From Escherichia phage Ge15, in the sequence record PP359696.1: DNA of 64,000 nt. The stretch is one strand, 5' to 3'. The notes beneath the pieces are model-generated. The model saw only the letters and a list, made by a program, of their open reading frames with translations. It had not been told where the DNA came from and made no database searches. Below are positions 28,532 through 37,861 of this stretch, in pieces (the stretch's first letter is position 1; each line of letters opens with the position of its first letter). Made by a program: the position numbers and the translations under genes.

Positions 28532-28699
28532 ATGTCAGATAAGATTTGCGTTGTCTGTAAAACTCCAATCGATTCTGCATTGGTTGTTGAAACAGACAAA
28601 GGTCCTGTACATCCTGGGCCTTGTTATAATTACATTAAAGAACTACCAGTTTCAGAAAGTTCGGAAGAACAATTAAATGAAACACAACTTTTGCTATAG
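28532..28699 (+). CDS. Hypothetical small Cys-containing protein (uvsY.-2 position)
   Basis: 55 aa (MSDKICVVCKTPIDSALVVETDKGPVHPGPCYNY...), below the ORF-track size cutoff; strong SD aggaga 6 nt upstream; CxxC plus PGPC. Confidence 0.55.
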   Translation: MSDKICVVCKTPIDSALVVETDKGPVHPGPCYNYIKELPVSESSEEQLNETQLLL

Positions 28700-28722
28700 T
28701 GTGACCTTTAGTCTATAGTTTT

Positions 28723-28751
28723 GGCCCTTCCTTTTTGGTTGGGCCTTTTTT
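28723..28751 (+). terminator. Rho-independent terminator ending the uvsY operon
   Basis: ggccc...gggcc stem followed by TTTTTT. Confidence 0.65.
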
Positions 28752-28754
28752 AAT

Positions 28755-28997
28755 TTAAAAGCTTTCTTCTACTTCATCGTCTGAATCTTCTAATTCAGCT
28801 CTTTTTCCTGCCAAAGCATCTCTGACTGAGATGTCATCAGTATCTTTTAATTCAGTTTCTTTAACTCTTTTCTTGTAATAAGCTTCAAGTTCTTCTAGAC
28901 CTTCTAATGTTTGACAAGAGGCAATTTTACCCATAAATTCATCAATAGAAGCTTCATAAAGAAATTGTTTAAATTCTAGTAACATCTTTTTCTCCAA
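28755..28997 (-). CDS. uvsW.1: UvsW.1 small acidic protein
   Basis: 80-aa ORF directly downstream of uvsW as in T4. Confidence 0.7.
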   Translation of the reverse strand: MEKKMLLEFKQFLYEASIDEFMGKIASCQTLEGLEELEAYYKKRVKETELKDTDDISVRDALAGKRAELEDSDDEVEESF

Positions 28998-29010
28998 AGG
29001 GCCGAAGCCC

Positions 29011-30519
29011 TTATAAATTAACTGTTTTCATTACGTAATTAAATTTTTCATCTGCGTAGCGCTGAATACGATCAATGCCATGTTTTAAAAGATAGTTCAA
29101 ATGAACGTATTTCTTTTTCGTATTAGCAGATTTTGGTTTAACACCGCAATCATCGATGAGGTCCCAGACCGTTGCGATTGTTTTAGAACCATGCTTACGT
29201 AATACGCGACCTATTGTTTGCAATACAATAATTTTAGATTTAACACCGTGTGCTAAAACAACGTGATGCAGATTTTTAACTGAAATGCCAGTAGAAAATA
29301 CACCATAACTAGCTACTATAATTATTCCTTTACCGTTTTCAGCTAAGGTTTTCATTACGTTGCGTGTTTCGGTATCAACTTCCCCTGATACGTAATAAAC
29401 TTTATCGTATTCATTTTTAATTAAATCGAAAATAGCTTTACCGTGCGATACGTGTTTAAACATGACAAAAGCGTTTTCATCTTTTTGTGCAAGCTTAATA
29501 GCTAATTTAGCGATCCATTTATTTCTTTTACTGAGCCCAGTAATAATTTTTATTTCTTCTTGGTAAGTTTTTCCCTTTAATTTAGTAGTGAACTCATCGG
29601 GATAGCGAAGAAAAATACTATTAATTTTTAGCTCAGTTACTTGTCCATCTTCCATTAATTTAGAGGTCGTTACTGGCTTAAATATTTCACCAAACATTCC
29701 AACATACTGCATGATATTAGCTTTGCCATCACGTAATGAACCAGACAAACCAAATTTAAACATACAGTTATTTAAACCTGATATGATAGATGAAATACTT
29801 TTTCCTGTGGCAAGATGGCATTCATCATTCATCATCATTCCAAACTGTGAGAACCATTCTTTTGGCTGTTTTACTACAGTTTGCCATGTACCAACAACAA
29901 CTGGCGCATCATTTTTATATTTATCATCTTTTGATGCTCCACCGCCGATTTTCTTTATCATTGCATGACTGAATAAACGATAGTCAACAAAGTCATCAGC
30001 CATCTGAGTTGTTAAAGCAGTTGTTGGAACAATGATAAGAATTTTACCTTCATAATTTTCCAAATAATATCGAGCGAGCAAAGCTTGAATTAAAGATTTA
30101 CCTGCGGATGTTGGAAGATTAAGAATTCTACGACGATTAACTAATCCTTCGAACACTGCATCTTTTTGATACCAATGCGGTTCAATTCTTTTATTTCCTG
30201 AATAGATTTCTAATTTAGAAAGCCATTCATCAAAATCTTTTCTTGATAATTCTTCTTTTTCGTTAATCTGTGGGTCAATCCAGGCTTTATAGCCAAAGTT
30301 ATCGCAGAACTTTTTAATTTGCCCGACTAAGCCGAATGGAAGAAGACGATTATAATCTAAAAGACGGATTCGTCCATCCCAGTTGCCATATCTGAAGCGA
30401 GGGTTAAATCTATATCCATCGGCCTCAAACGAAAAGAAATCTCTTAATTCGTGGAACGTGCTCTCTTCACAATCGATGCGTACATGACTGAAGTCGTGAA
30501 AATGTACTTTAATATCCAT
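29011..30519 (-). CDS. uvsW: UvsW SF2 DNA helicase
   Basis: 502 aa; Walker A LPTSAGKS, DECH box (MMNDECHLA); matches recalled T4 UvsW. Confidence 0.95.
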   Translation of the reverse strand: MDIKVHFHDFSHVRIDCEESTFHELRDFFSFEADGYRFNPRFRYGNWDGRIRLLDYNRLLPFGLVGQIKKFCDNFGYKAWIDPQINEKEELSRKDFDEWLSKLEIYSGNKRIEPHWYQKDAVFEGLVNRRRILNLPTSAGKSLIQALLARYYLENYEGKILIIVPTTALTTQMADDFVDYRLFSHAMIKKIGGGASKDDKYKNDAPVVVGTWQTVVKQPKEWFSQFGMMMNDECHLATGKSISSIISGLNNCMFKFGLSGSLRDGKANIMQYVGMFGEIFKPVTTSKLMEDGQVTELKINSIFLRYPDEFTTKLKGKTYQEEIKIITGLSKRNKWIAKLAIKLAQKDENAFVMFKHVSHGKAIFDLIKNEYDKVYYVSGEVDTETRNVMKTLAENGKGIIIVASYGVFSTGISVKNLHHVVLAHGVKSKIIVLQTIGRVLRKHGSKTIATVWDLIDDCGVKPKSANTKKKYVHLNYLLKHGIDRIQRYADEKFNYVMKTVNL

Positions 30520-30521
30520 AA

Positions 30522-31139
30522 TTATGCCTTACTAAATTTGCCTTTAGAATCTCTTTTCATGAGACGACCTTTAATAAATCCGTCGGGAATAATACCGTCT
30601 GGTTGTATTAATTTATTTATTGCGCCATTATTGACCCAAAAAGTTCCTGTGGTAGTCGGTTTGACTTTACATCCTTTTCTGGACTTTCTATTAGGATGAA
30701 CCATCCCTTTTACAAATCCTTCTGGAACAAGTTCTCCAGGTTTAATAAAAATATTTTTAGTTCCATTAGTGTAGCAAGTTTTACCTAATACCGTGCCTGG
30801 TGAGTTTTCAAATCTTTTAGCGGAAGATTCTTTCATCTTTGCTATAACCTCTGTAGTCATAACAATTCCACCAATTCCACCAGGTTTCATATTATAATAA
30901 TTTTTGCTTTTTATTAGTTCAGGAGTTATAATTTCTTCTTCATACATGTACGCTTCTTCGGAAGTTTTAAACTCTTTTAATATTGTTCTAGAGAAATTGT
31001 TTTCACCATATTTCTTTATAGCCTGCTGAATTGCCTTACCGGAACCAAGGTAACCATCATTCAAGTCATCAGTAGAGTGTTTTCCTATATACTTTTTACC
31101 ATTTATTAGATTTGTTGTTTCATATACAAAGTGGTACAT
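30522..31139 (-). CDS. GIY-YIG homing endonuclease (Seg family; segD-like position)
   Basis: 205 aa; N-terminal GIY-YIG module YHFVYETTNLINGKKYIGKH; basic C-terminal region. Confidence 0.8.
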   Translation of the reverse strand: MYHFVYETTNLINGKKYIGKHSTDDLNDGYLGSGKAIQQAIKKYGENNFSRTILKEFKTSEEAYMYEEEIITPELIKSKNYYNMKPGGIGGIVMTTEVIAKMKESSAKRFENSPGTVLGKTCYTNGTKNIFIKPGELVPEGFVKGMVHPNRKSRKGCKVKPTTTGTFWVNNGAINKLIQPDGIIPDGFIKGRLMKRDSKGKFSKA

Positions 31140-31167
31140 ACTATTTTCCGAGTAATAAATATATCTA

Positions 31168-31175
31168 TATTTATA
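31168..31175 (-). promoter_or_regulatory. Late promoter (TATAAATA on minus strand) for the GIY-YIG gene
   Basis: Plus-strand TATTTATA about 29 nt upstream of the minus-strand start at 31139. Confidence 0.55.
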
Positions 31176-31188
31176 CTGAGGAAATATT

Positions 31189-31869
31189 ATGATAGATAAA
31201 GATTATATTGCAGAGCTGAAGGCTCTTGATGATAATAAAGAAGCTAAAGCTAAATTAGCTGAATATGCTGAACAGTTTGGTATAAAGGTCAAAAAGAATA
31301 AATCTTTTGATAATATCGTTAATGATATTGAAGAAGCCCTCCAGAAGCTCGCTAGTGAACCTATGCCAGAGACTGATGGGTTATCTATTAAAGACTTAAT
31401 TGATGCTGCTGATGCTGCAGACGGATTAAAATATGACGATGAAGAAGTCAATCCAGAAGCAGCACTTCTGATTGATTCTCCGGTTAAATCTGACATTAAA
31501 ATTGAAGTAGTAGAAACGGATAAAATTCCTGAAAATACCGATGTTTTGATTGAAGATACTCCTTTTGTTGAAGAAAAATTCGAGCAGGCTGTAGCTGAGA
31601 TTATTGAATCTGAAAAGCCGTCTGTATTTACTCTTCCGGAAAACTTTAGTCCGAATCTTCAGCTGATTGGAAAAAATCCAGGATTCTGCACTGTTCCTTG
31701 GTGGATTTACCAGTGGATTGCTGAAACTCCGGATTGGAAATCTCACCCAACTAGTTTTGAACACGCGTCGGCGCACCAAACTTTATTTAGCTTAATTTAC
31801 TACATTAATCGTGACGGATCAGTTCTAATTCGTGAAACACGTAATTCTTCTTTCGTAACATTAAAATAA
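31189..31869 (+). CDS. inh: Inhibitor of prohead protease
   Basis: 226 aa MIDKDYIAELKALDDNKEAKAKLAEYAEQFG...; position and length as T4 Inh. Confidence 0.88.
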   Translation: MIDKDYIAELKALDDNKEAKAKLAEYAEQFGIKVKKNKSFDNIVNDIEEALQKLASEPMPETDGLSIKDLIDAADAADGLKYDDEEVNPEAALLIDSPVKSDIKIEVVETDKIPENTDVLIEDTPFVEEKFEQAVAEIIESEKPSVFTLPENFSPNLQLIGKNPGFCTVPWWIYQWIAETPDWKSHPTSFEHASAHQTLFSLIYYINRDGSVLIRETRNSSFVTLK

Positions 31870-31878
31870 GGATAACTT

Positions 31879-33297
31879 ATGGCTTTTACAGTTGATATAA
31901 CTCCTAAAACACCGACAGGGGTTATTGATGAAACTAAGCAGTTTACTGCTACACCCAGTGGTGAAACTGGAGGCGGAACTATTACATATGCTTGGACTGT
32001 AGATAATGTTCCACAAGATGGAGCTGAAGCAACTTTTGATTATGTATTAAAAGGACCTGCTGGACAAAAGACTATTAAAGTAGTTGCAACAAATACACTT
32101 TCTGAAGGAGGCCCGGAAACGGCTGAAGCGACAACAACTATCACAGTTCAAAATAAGACACAAACGACTACCTTAGCTGTAACTCCTGCTAGTCCTGCGG
32201 CTGGAGTGATTGGAACAGCCGTTCAATTTACCGCTGCCTTAGATTCACAGCCGCCAGGTGCATCTGCTACGTATCAATGGCACGTTGACGGTTCTCCTGT
32301 AAGCGAAGCAACTGACGCTACATTCAATTACACTCCTGACACAAGCGGAGTTAAAACAATTAAGTGTGTAGCTCAAGTAACCGCGACAGATTATGATACA
32401 AAGGAAGTTACTTCCAATGAAGTGTCACTGACTGTTAATAAAAAGACGCAGACAACTACATTAGCCGTAACTCCTGATAGTCCTTCAGCTGGAGTAATTG
32501 GAACCCCAGTTCAATTTACTGCTGCCTTGGTTTCTCAACCTGTTGGAGCGTCTGCTACATATAAATGGTATGTAGATGATTCACAAGTTGGTGGAGAAAC
32601 TAACTCTACATTTAACTATACTCCAACTACAAGTGGAGTAAAAAGAATTAAATGCGTAGCGCAAGTAACGGCAGAAAATTACAATGAAAAGGAAGTTACT
32701 TCTAATGAAGTATCATTGACAGTTAATAAGAAGACAATGAATCCACAAGTTACATTGACTCCTCCTTCTATTAACGTTCAGCAAGATGCTTCGGCTACAT
32801 TTACGGCTAATGTCACTGATGCTCCAGAAGAAGCACAAATCGAATATTCATGGAAGAAAGATTCTTCTCCTGTAGAAGAATCAACTAATGTATACACCGT
32901 TGATACATCATCTATCGGAAGTCAAACTATTGAAGTTACTGCCACTGTTACTGTCACTGATTATGATAGCAAAACTATCACAGCAGAAGGTCAAGTTCAG
33001 GTAACTGATAAAGTTGCTCCAGAACCAGAAGGTGAATTGCCTTATGTTCATCCTCTTCCACATCGTACTTCAGCTTATATCTGGTGCGGTTGGTGGGTTA
33101 TGGATGAAATCCAAAAAATGACAGAAGAAGGTAAAGATTGGAAAACTGAAGATCCAGATAGTAAATACTACCTGCATCGTTACACCCTTCAGAAGATGAT
33201 GAAAGACTATCCAGAAGTTGATGTTCAAGAATCACGTAATGGATACATCATTCATAAAACTGCTTTAGAAACTGGTATCATCTATACCTATCCATAA
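31879..33297 (+). CDS. hoc: Hoc head outer capsid protein, 4 Ig-like domains + capsid-binding C-terminal domain
   Basis: 472 aa; tandem Ig-like repeats; C-terminal domain ...PYVHPLPHRTSAYIWCGWWVMDEIQKM...; about 96 aa longer than the ~376 aa I recall for T4 Hoc. Confidence 0.9.
   Translation: MAFTVDITPKTPTGVIDETKQFTATPSGETGGGTITYAWTVDNVPQDGAEATFDYVLKGPAGQKTIKVVATNTLSEGGPETAEATTTITVQNKTQTTTLAVTPASPAAGVIGTAVQFTAALDSQPPGASATYQWHVDGSPVSEATDATFNYTPDTSGVKTIKCVAQVTATDYDTKEVTSNEVSLTVNKKTQTTTLAVTPDSPSAGVIGTPVQFTAALVSQPVGASATYKWYVDDSQVGGETNSTFNYTPTTSGVKRIKCVAQVTAENYNEKEVTSNEVSLTVNKKTMNPQVTLTPPSINVQQDASATFTANVTDAPEEAQIEYSWKKDSSPVEESTNVYTVDTSSIGSQTIEVTATVTVTDYDSKTITAEGQVQVTDKVAPEPEGELPYVHPLPHRTSAYIWCGWWVMDEIQKMTEEGKDWKTEDPDSKYYLHRYTLQKMMKDYPEVDVQESRNGYIIHKTALETGIIYTYP
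32152..32724 (+). repeat. Tandem duplication of an Ig-like domain coding unit inside hoc (2 x ~285 bp)
   Basis: Units 32152-32436 and 32437-32724 are roughly 80 percent identical at protein level (NKTQTTTLAVTPASPAAGVIG... vs NKKTQTTTLAVTPDSPSAGVIG...). Confidence 0.85.
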
Positions 33298-33303
33298 TCA
33301 TAA

Positions 33304-33329
33304 GGGGCTTCGGCCCCTTTCTTCATTTT
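33304..33329 (+). terminator. Terminator after hoc
   Basis: ggggc-ttcg-gcccc hairpin followed by a T-rich tract. Confidence 0.65.
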
Positions 33330-33386
33330 GAAAGCACACAAAACACAATCAGAAAATGATGTATATAATGGCACCAACTCGATAAC

Positions 33387-33602
33387 ATGAGATTGATTAT
33401 GAGAACTGAGGTTGTGGTGTTTACTCTTCATGAGTCTGGAAAGTCATTCATTGAAATTGCTCGTGAATTAAACTTACAGGCGAAAGAAGTGGCTGTATTA
33501 TGGGCTCGAGCTATGACTGCTAAGAATAAATTTGAAACTCGAGAAAAAGTTGTCTATAGAAAAAGACATATCAATAAAAAGGTGAAAAATGGAACAGTAT
33601 GA
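33387..33602 (+). CDS. Hypothetical small basic protein
   Basis: 71-aa ORF; helix-turn-helix-like segment SFIEIARELNLQAKEV. Confidence 0.5.
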   Translation: MRLIMRTEVVVFTLHESGKSFIEIARELNLQAKEVAVLWARAMTAKNKFETREKVVYRKRHINKKVKNGTV

Positions 33603-33867
33603 TCTTTATGAAAATGAATCTTTTGCTAATCAATTACGTGAAAAAGCATTAAAAAGTAAACAGTTTAAGCTAGAGTGTTTTATTAAAGATTTTTCAGAAC
33701 TTGCTAATAAAGCAGCTGAACAAGGTAAAACATATTTTAGTTATTATTGCACTGCTCGCGATAAATTGATTACTGAAGAAATTGGTGATTGGCTGAGAAA
33801 AGAAGGATTCAGCTTTAAAGTCAATAGTGATCAGCGTGATGGTGATTGGTTAGAAATTACATTTTGA
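33589..33867 (+). CDS. Hypothetical protein
   Basis: 92-aa ORF upstream of rnlB. Confidence 0.55.
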   Translation: MEQYDLYENESFANQLREKALKSKQFKLECFIKDFSELANKAAEQGKTYFSYYCTARDKLITEEIGDWLRKEGFSFKVNSDQRDGDWLEITF

Positions 33868-33876
33868 GGATTAATT

Positions 33877-34881
33877 ATGTTTAAAAAGTATAGCAGTCTT
33901 GAAAATCATTACAACTCTAAATTTATTGAAAAACTTTATAGCTTAGGATTGACTGGCGGCGAATGGGTAGCTCGTGAAAAGATTCACGGCACAAACTTTT
34001 CTTTGATTATTGAGCGTGATAAAGTAACTTGCGCTAAACGTACTGGACCGATTCTTCCTGCTGAAGATTTCTTTGGGTATGAAATTATTCTAAAGAATTA
34101 CGCTGATTCCATTAAAGCAGTACAAGATATTATGGAAACTTCAGCTGTTGTGACTTATCAAGTTTTTGGCGAATTCGCTGGACCTGGCATTCAGAAGAAT
34201 GTTGATTATGGTGATAAAGATTTTTATGTATTTGACATTATTGTCACTACAGAAAGTGGCGATGTAACTTATGTTGATGATTACATGATGGAATCGTTTT
34301 GTAATTCATTTGGGTTTAAAATCGCTCCACTTTTGGGTCGTGGTAAATTTGAAGAACTTATTAAATTGCCAAATGATTTGGATTCTGTTGTTCCGTCTTA
34401 TAATTTTACCGTAGATAATGCAGGTTTAATTGACGCTAACAAATGTGTTTGGAAAGCTGAAGCCAAAGGCGAAGTATTTACCGCTGAAGGATATGTATTG
34501 AAACCTTGTTATCCTTCTTGGCTGCCTAATCGCAATCGTGTAGCCATCAAATGCAAGAATTCTAAATTTAGTGAAAAGAAAAAGTCTGATAAGCCTATTA
34601 AAGCTAAAGTTGAACTGTCAGAAGCTGATAACAAATTGGTGGGGATTTTAGCTTGTTACGTTACACTAAACCGAGTAAATAACGTTATTTCTAAAATTGG
34701 CGAAATTGGTCCAAAAGATTTTGGAAAGGTGATGGGACTAACTGTTCAAGATATTTTGGAAGAAACTTCTCGTGAAGGTATTACTCTAACTCAAGCGGAT
34801 AATCCTTCTTTGATTAAAAAGGAATTAGTTAAAATGGTACAAGATGTACTTCGTCCGGCTTGGATTGAATTGGTAAGTTAA
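33877..34881 (+). CDS. rnlB: RNA ligase 2
   Basis: 334 aa; nucleotidyltransferase motif I KIHGTN (Lys35); matches recalled T4 Rnl2. Confidence 0.93.
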   Translation: MFKKYSSLENHYNSKFIEKLYSLGLTGGEWVAREKIHGTNFSLIIERDKVTCAKRTGPILPAEDFFGYEIILKNYADSIKAVQDIMETSAVVTYQVFGEFAGPGIQKNVDYGDKDFYVFDIIVTTESGDVTYVDDYMMESFCNSFGFKIAPLLGRGKFEELIKLPNDLDSVVPSYNFTVDNAGLIDANKCVWKAEAKGEVFTAEGYVLKPCYPSWLPNRNRVAIKCKNSKFSEKKKSDKPIKAKVELSEADNKLVGILACYVTLNRVNNVISKIGEIGPKDFGKVMGLTVQDILEETSREGITLTQADNPSLIKKELVKMVQDVLRPAWIELVS

Positions 34882-34887
34882 ATAAAA

Positions 34888-34912
34888 AGGGACCGAAAGG
34901 TCCCTTTGTTTT
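34888..34912. terminator. Bidirectional rho-independent terminator between rnlB (+) and gene 24 (-)
   Basis: gggacc-gaaa-ggtccc flanked by A-run upstream and T-run downstream. Confidence 0.75.
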
Positions 34913-36194
34913 ATTCATCAATGATAATTTTTGGTAGCTTAACACCTAATAAAACAGACAAATCTGAACGACCCGCCATTTTATCCATGTCTCCACCGTC
35001 AATTACTCTTGCTTCTTTTTCATCTTTTGCTACAGTGTAAGGATTTGCAGATAAAGCATATCTAACTAATAAACCGATAGATGGCTGCAAACTTTCTGGA
35101 TCAACTACAACTTTAAATGCACCTACATGTTCAGGGTCATCTAAGTCAAGACCTTCTGTATACGGAGCATAGAAAATTGACCCAACAATTTCTTTTTCAC
35201 CAATATTTTCTACTACGCCAACGATTACATAATCTAATGGGCTGTTGGTATCGCAATAAAGCGGTAAACCATTAGCTAAGAACCCATAGGCATTTTGTGA
35301 AAGATATTTGTCATCTTCTGGTTTATGTTTTAACCAACCTGATGCAGCAAGAATCGCAGCAGCACGAGCTGAAGCAACACAGAACGTTGCTGTATAAGTT
35401 GATTCTTTCTGGATATGTGAAACCATTTCACACACCATTCGGTATAATGAACGACCGGCTTCAGGTGCAGATGCATAACTCAAATCAATGAATCCAGTAT
35501 CAGTAATTCCTGTAACTTTATAGCGTTTTGACACTGTAATCAAAGACTGCAGAATATCTTTATTGATTTCATCTGCCATTTCGGTTGCAAGCAAATCTTC
35601 CAAGAAATTAGGAGCATCGAATCCATTTGCTTCTAAATCTTGTGCTAATTCAACTGTAATGCCAGTTTTAAGTTTACGAGATTTAACTGCGGTTTGCCAT
35701 TTATTAATCTGGAATCTAGCATCCGCAATTTCACTATCAGAGCTTTCAAATTTGCTTGTTACTGCAGCATCAGAAAATAGACGAACCTTTAAAAGAACAA
35801 TTGCAATCTGAAGAGCTAATTCTAAATCACTTTCTTCAATATCAGCAAATGGTGTATTTTCTAATACTTTATAAACGATATTATTATATTTGAATAAATC
35901 ACCTTTATTGAGAGTTAATTTAGACTCTTCTGTTAATTCTGTGATTTGTTCTCGGTCTACATACCCAGCTTCGCCAGCGTAAGTAGCACCAGTTTTAAAT
36001 GTAAATTCATTGTCTGGGTTAAGGTATTTGATACCATAAAAAGCAGCAACAGGTTGATTAGTTCTTTGCGTTGCTACAATGTCAGAATATATTAATTTAG
36101 TGGTAGCGCGAGTCAAAGCAACGAGATTTGGGCGACCGATTGAGTTGCTATTCGTTGTGGTTGATTCGCGCAGAAGTTCGTTGATTTTAGCCAT
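34911..36194 (-). CDS. 24: Capsid vertex protein
   Basis: 427 aa; paralog of the major capsid protein; synteny. Confidence 0.92.
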   Translation of the reverse strand: MAKINELLRESTTTNSNSIGRPNLVALTRATTKLIYSDIVATQRTNQPVAAFYGIKYLNPDNEFTFKTGATYAGEAGYVDREQITELTEESKLTLNKGDLFKYNNIVYKVLENTPFADIEESDLELALQIAIVLLKVRLFSDAAVTSKFESSDSEIADARFQINKWQTAVKSRKLKTGITVELAQDLEANGFDAPNFLEDLLATEMADEINKDILQSLITVSKRYKVTGITDTGFIDLSYASAPEAGRSLYRMVCEMVSHIQKESTYTATFCVASARAAAILAASGWLKHKPEDDKYLSQNAYGFLANGLPLYCDTNSPLDYVIVGVVENIGEKEIVGSIFYAPYTEGLDLDDPEHVGAFKVVVDPESLQPSIGLLVRYALSANPYTVAKDEKEARVIDGGDMDKMAGRSDLSVLLGVKLPKIIIDE

Positions 36195-36221
36195 TGCGCT
36201 TTCCTTTTGGTTTATATGATT

Positions 36222-36229
36222 TATTTATA
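36222..36229 (-). promoter_or_regulatory. Late promoter (TATAAATA) for gene 24
   Basis: Plus-strand TATTTATA 28 nt upstream of the minus-strand start at 36194. Confidence 0.65.
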
Positions 36230-36244
36230 CCATAAAAACAACTA

Positions 36245-36262
36245 AAGGGACCCGAAGGTCCC
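36245..36262 (-). terminator. Hairpin downstream of gene 23
   Basis: agggacc-cgaa-ggtccct stem between gene 23 stop and gene 24 promoter. Confidence 0.55.
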
Positions 36263-36277
36263 TTAAATCGTCAAAGA

Positions 36278-37843
36278 TTAGATACCTTTAACATATACAC
36301 GGCGGAAGTAAGCGTTTTTACCAAGGCTATTCAGAATAGAAGGCATACCGCTCTGGATGCGAGAAGCCGGAGCCTGAGCAGCGGATTCTGCAAATGGGTT
36401 GATACCGATACCGTAACGAGTTTTGAATCCCATTACTGGTTGGAAGTTCTTCGGATCGGAACCACGCAGCGGAGTCAGAGCTACATATGGAGCGTAGTAA
36501 ATACCAGCATCCATTTCGTTCGGACCTTTATAACCTACAGTGAAATAATCCTGTTTAGCATACTGGTCGATATATACACGGTATTTACCACCCAGAACAC
36601 CAGCAAATACTGACTTGGTAGTATCAGTGTTAAAGCCGGTAGCCAGACCCTGTGCAGCATAAGAAATGCCAGTATCAACTGAAGCCAGAACGTTAACTAC
36701 GTTACGGGAAGCGATAATGAAGTTACCTTCACCGCGACCGGTCTGACGAGCAATTTCAACTGCTTCTTTGTCAATCTGGAACAACAGAGCTTTAAAGGAT
36801 TCACCCGCCCAGCGAGCACCACGAATATCAATCGGATCCTGGAAGTCAAATACGCCAGCTTTAGAACCCGGAGTCAGGGTCATACCAGATTTACCAACCT
36901 GAGCTGAGTAATTAATCCAATCAACAACTTCGCGGTTGATTTCCAGCATGATTTCGGTAGCCAGAATACCAGACAGTTCAGCATCAGCATCCATACCGTG
37001 AACAGCGCGGAGGTCTTGTGCTAATTCGATAGAGTAAGCAGCTTTCAGCTGACGAGATTTAGCTTCGATAACTTGTTTATCGATACGGAAGCCCATTTCA
37101 TTCCATGGGTTATCGGTAGAACCGTTGAAACCTTCCTGAAGTTCAGCGATAGAAGTAGCCATACCTTCAGCGATTTCTACCAGTACACCAGCTTCCATTT
37201 GTTTCTTAACTTCGGCATCTAATTTAGTTGCATCAGTCGCGCCAGAATCAAGTGTTACGATAGCAGAAGCTTGCAGATATACAGTACCAGTTTCCTGGAA
37301 GAAGTGAGAATAGATGTCACCTACAACTGTAGTAGTATTAGCAGCCAAAGCTGGGAATTTCTTAGCAGCACCCTGACCAGAGAACATTGCATCTGGACCA
37401 TACATTGGGTGGAATGCTTCTTTAGCACCGGAAGCGATTGGGTCTTTACCATATACTGCGCGCAGTGCGAATACCTGACCAGTCGGGCTGTTCATCGGCT
37501 GAACACCGCAAATACCGAAAGCAATCAGGTTAGGAATAGCACGACGTACCATACCCATAACAGCTGGGCCAATCTGAGTTACTGCGCCAGAAGTCTGACC
37601 AGCAGCGATGTTAGTAGCGTTGTAACCGTGGTCACCACCGATTTCAGCTTCTGTTAAGAAAGAACCGAACGCCTGAGCGATTTTTTCGTCTTTGTACTCT
37701 GGAGCTGTCTGGAAATCTTTTTCCTGGTTTTCAAAGATTTTAGCGATAATCGCTTGTTTGCTATTAGCAATTTCCGGTAAACCTTCACCTTCCAGTAATG
37801 GTTTCCATTTGTTCAAAAGTTCAGCTTTAGTTTTGATAGTCAT
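36278..37843 (-). CDS. 23: Major capsid protein
   Basis: 521 aa MTIKTKAELLNKWKPLLEGEGLPEIANSKQAII...; matches recalled T4 gp23 precursor. Confidence 0.97.
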   Translation of the reverse strand: MTIKTKAELLNKWKPLLEGEGLPEIANSKQAIIAKIFENQEKDFQTAPEYKDEKIAQAFGSFLTEAEIGGDHGYNATNIAAGQTSGAVTQIGPAVMGMVRRAIPNLIAFGICGVQPMNSPTGQVFALRAVYGKDPIASGAKEAFHPMYGPDAMFSGQGAAKKFPALAANTTTVVGDIYSHFFQETGTVYLQASAIVTLDSGATDATKLDAEVKKQMEAGVLVEIAEGMATSIAELQEGFNGSTDNPWNEMGFRIDKQVIEAKSRQLKAAYSIELAQDLRAVHGMDADAELSGILATEIMLEINREVVDWINYSAQVGKSGMTLTPGSKAGVFDFQDPIDIRGARWAGESFKALLFQIDKEAVEIARQTGRGEGNFIIASRNVVNVLASVDTGISYAAQGLATGFNTDTTKSVFAGVLGGKYRVYIDQYAKQDYFTVGYKGPNEMDAGIYYAPYVALTPLRGSDPKNFQPVMGFKTRYGIGINPFAESAAQAPASRIQSGMPSILNSLGKNAYFRRVYVKGI

Positions 37844-37861
37844 TTGTGTTAACCTTTAAAA

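Noticed and set aside
37271-37657. Plus-strand ORFs inside late structural genes (e.g. 37271-37657, 38166-38510, 50178-50669, 53049-53342)
   Set aside because: They are antisense to long, well-supported minus-strand genes (23, 22, wac/12, 10), have no ribosome-binding sites and low-complexity translations. Spurious.
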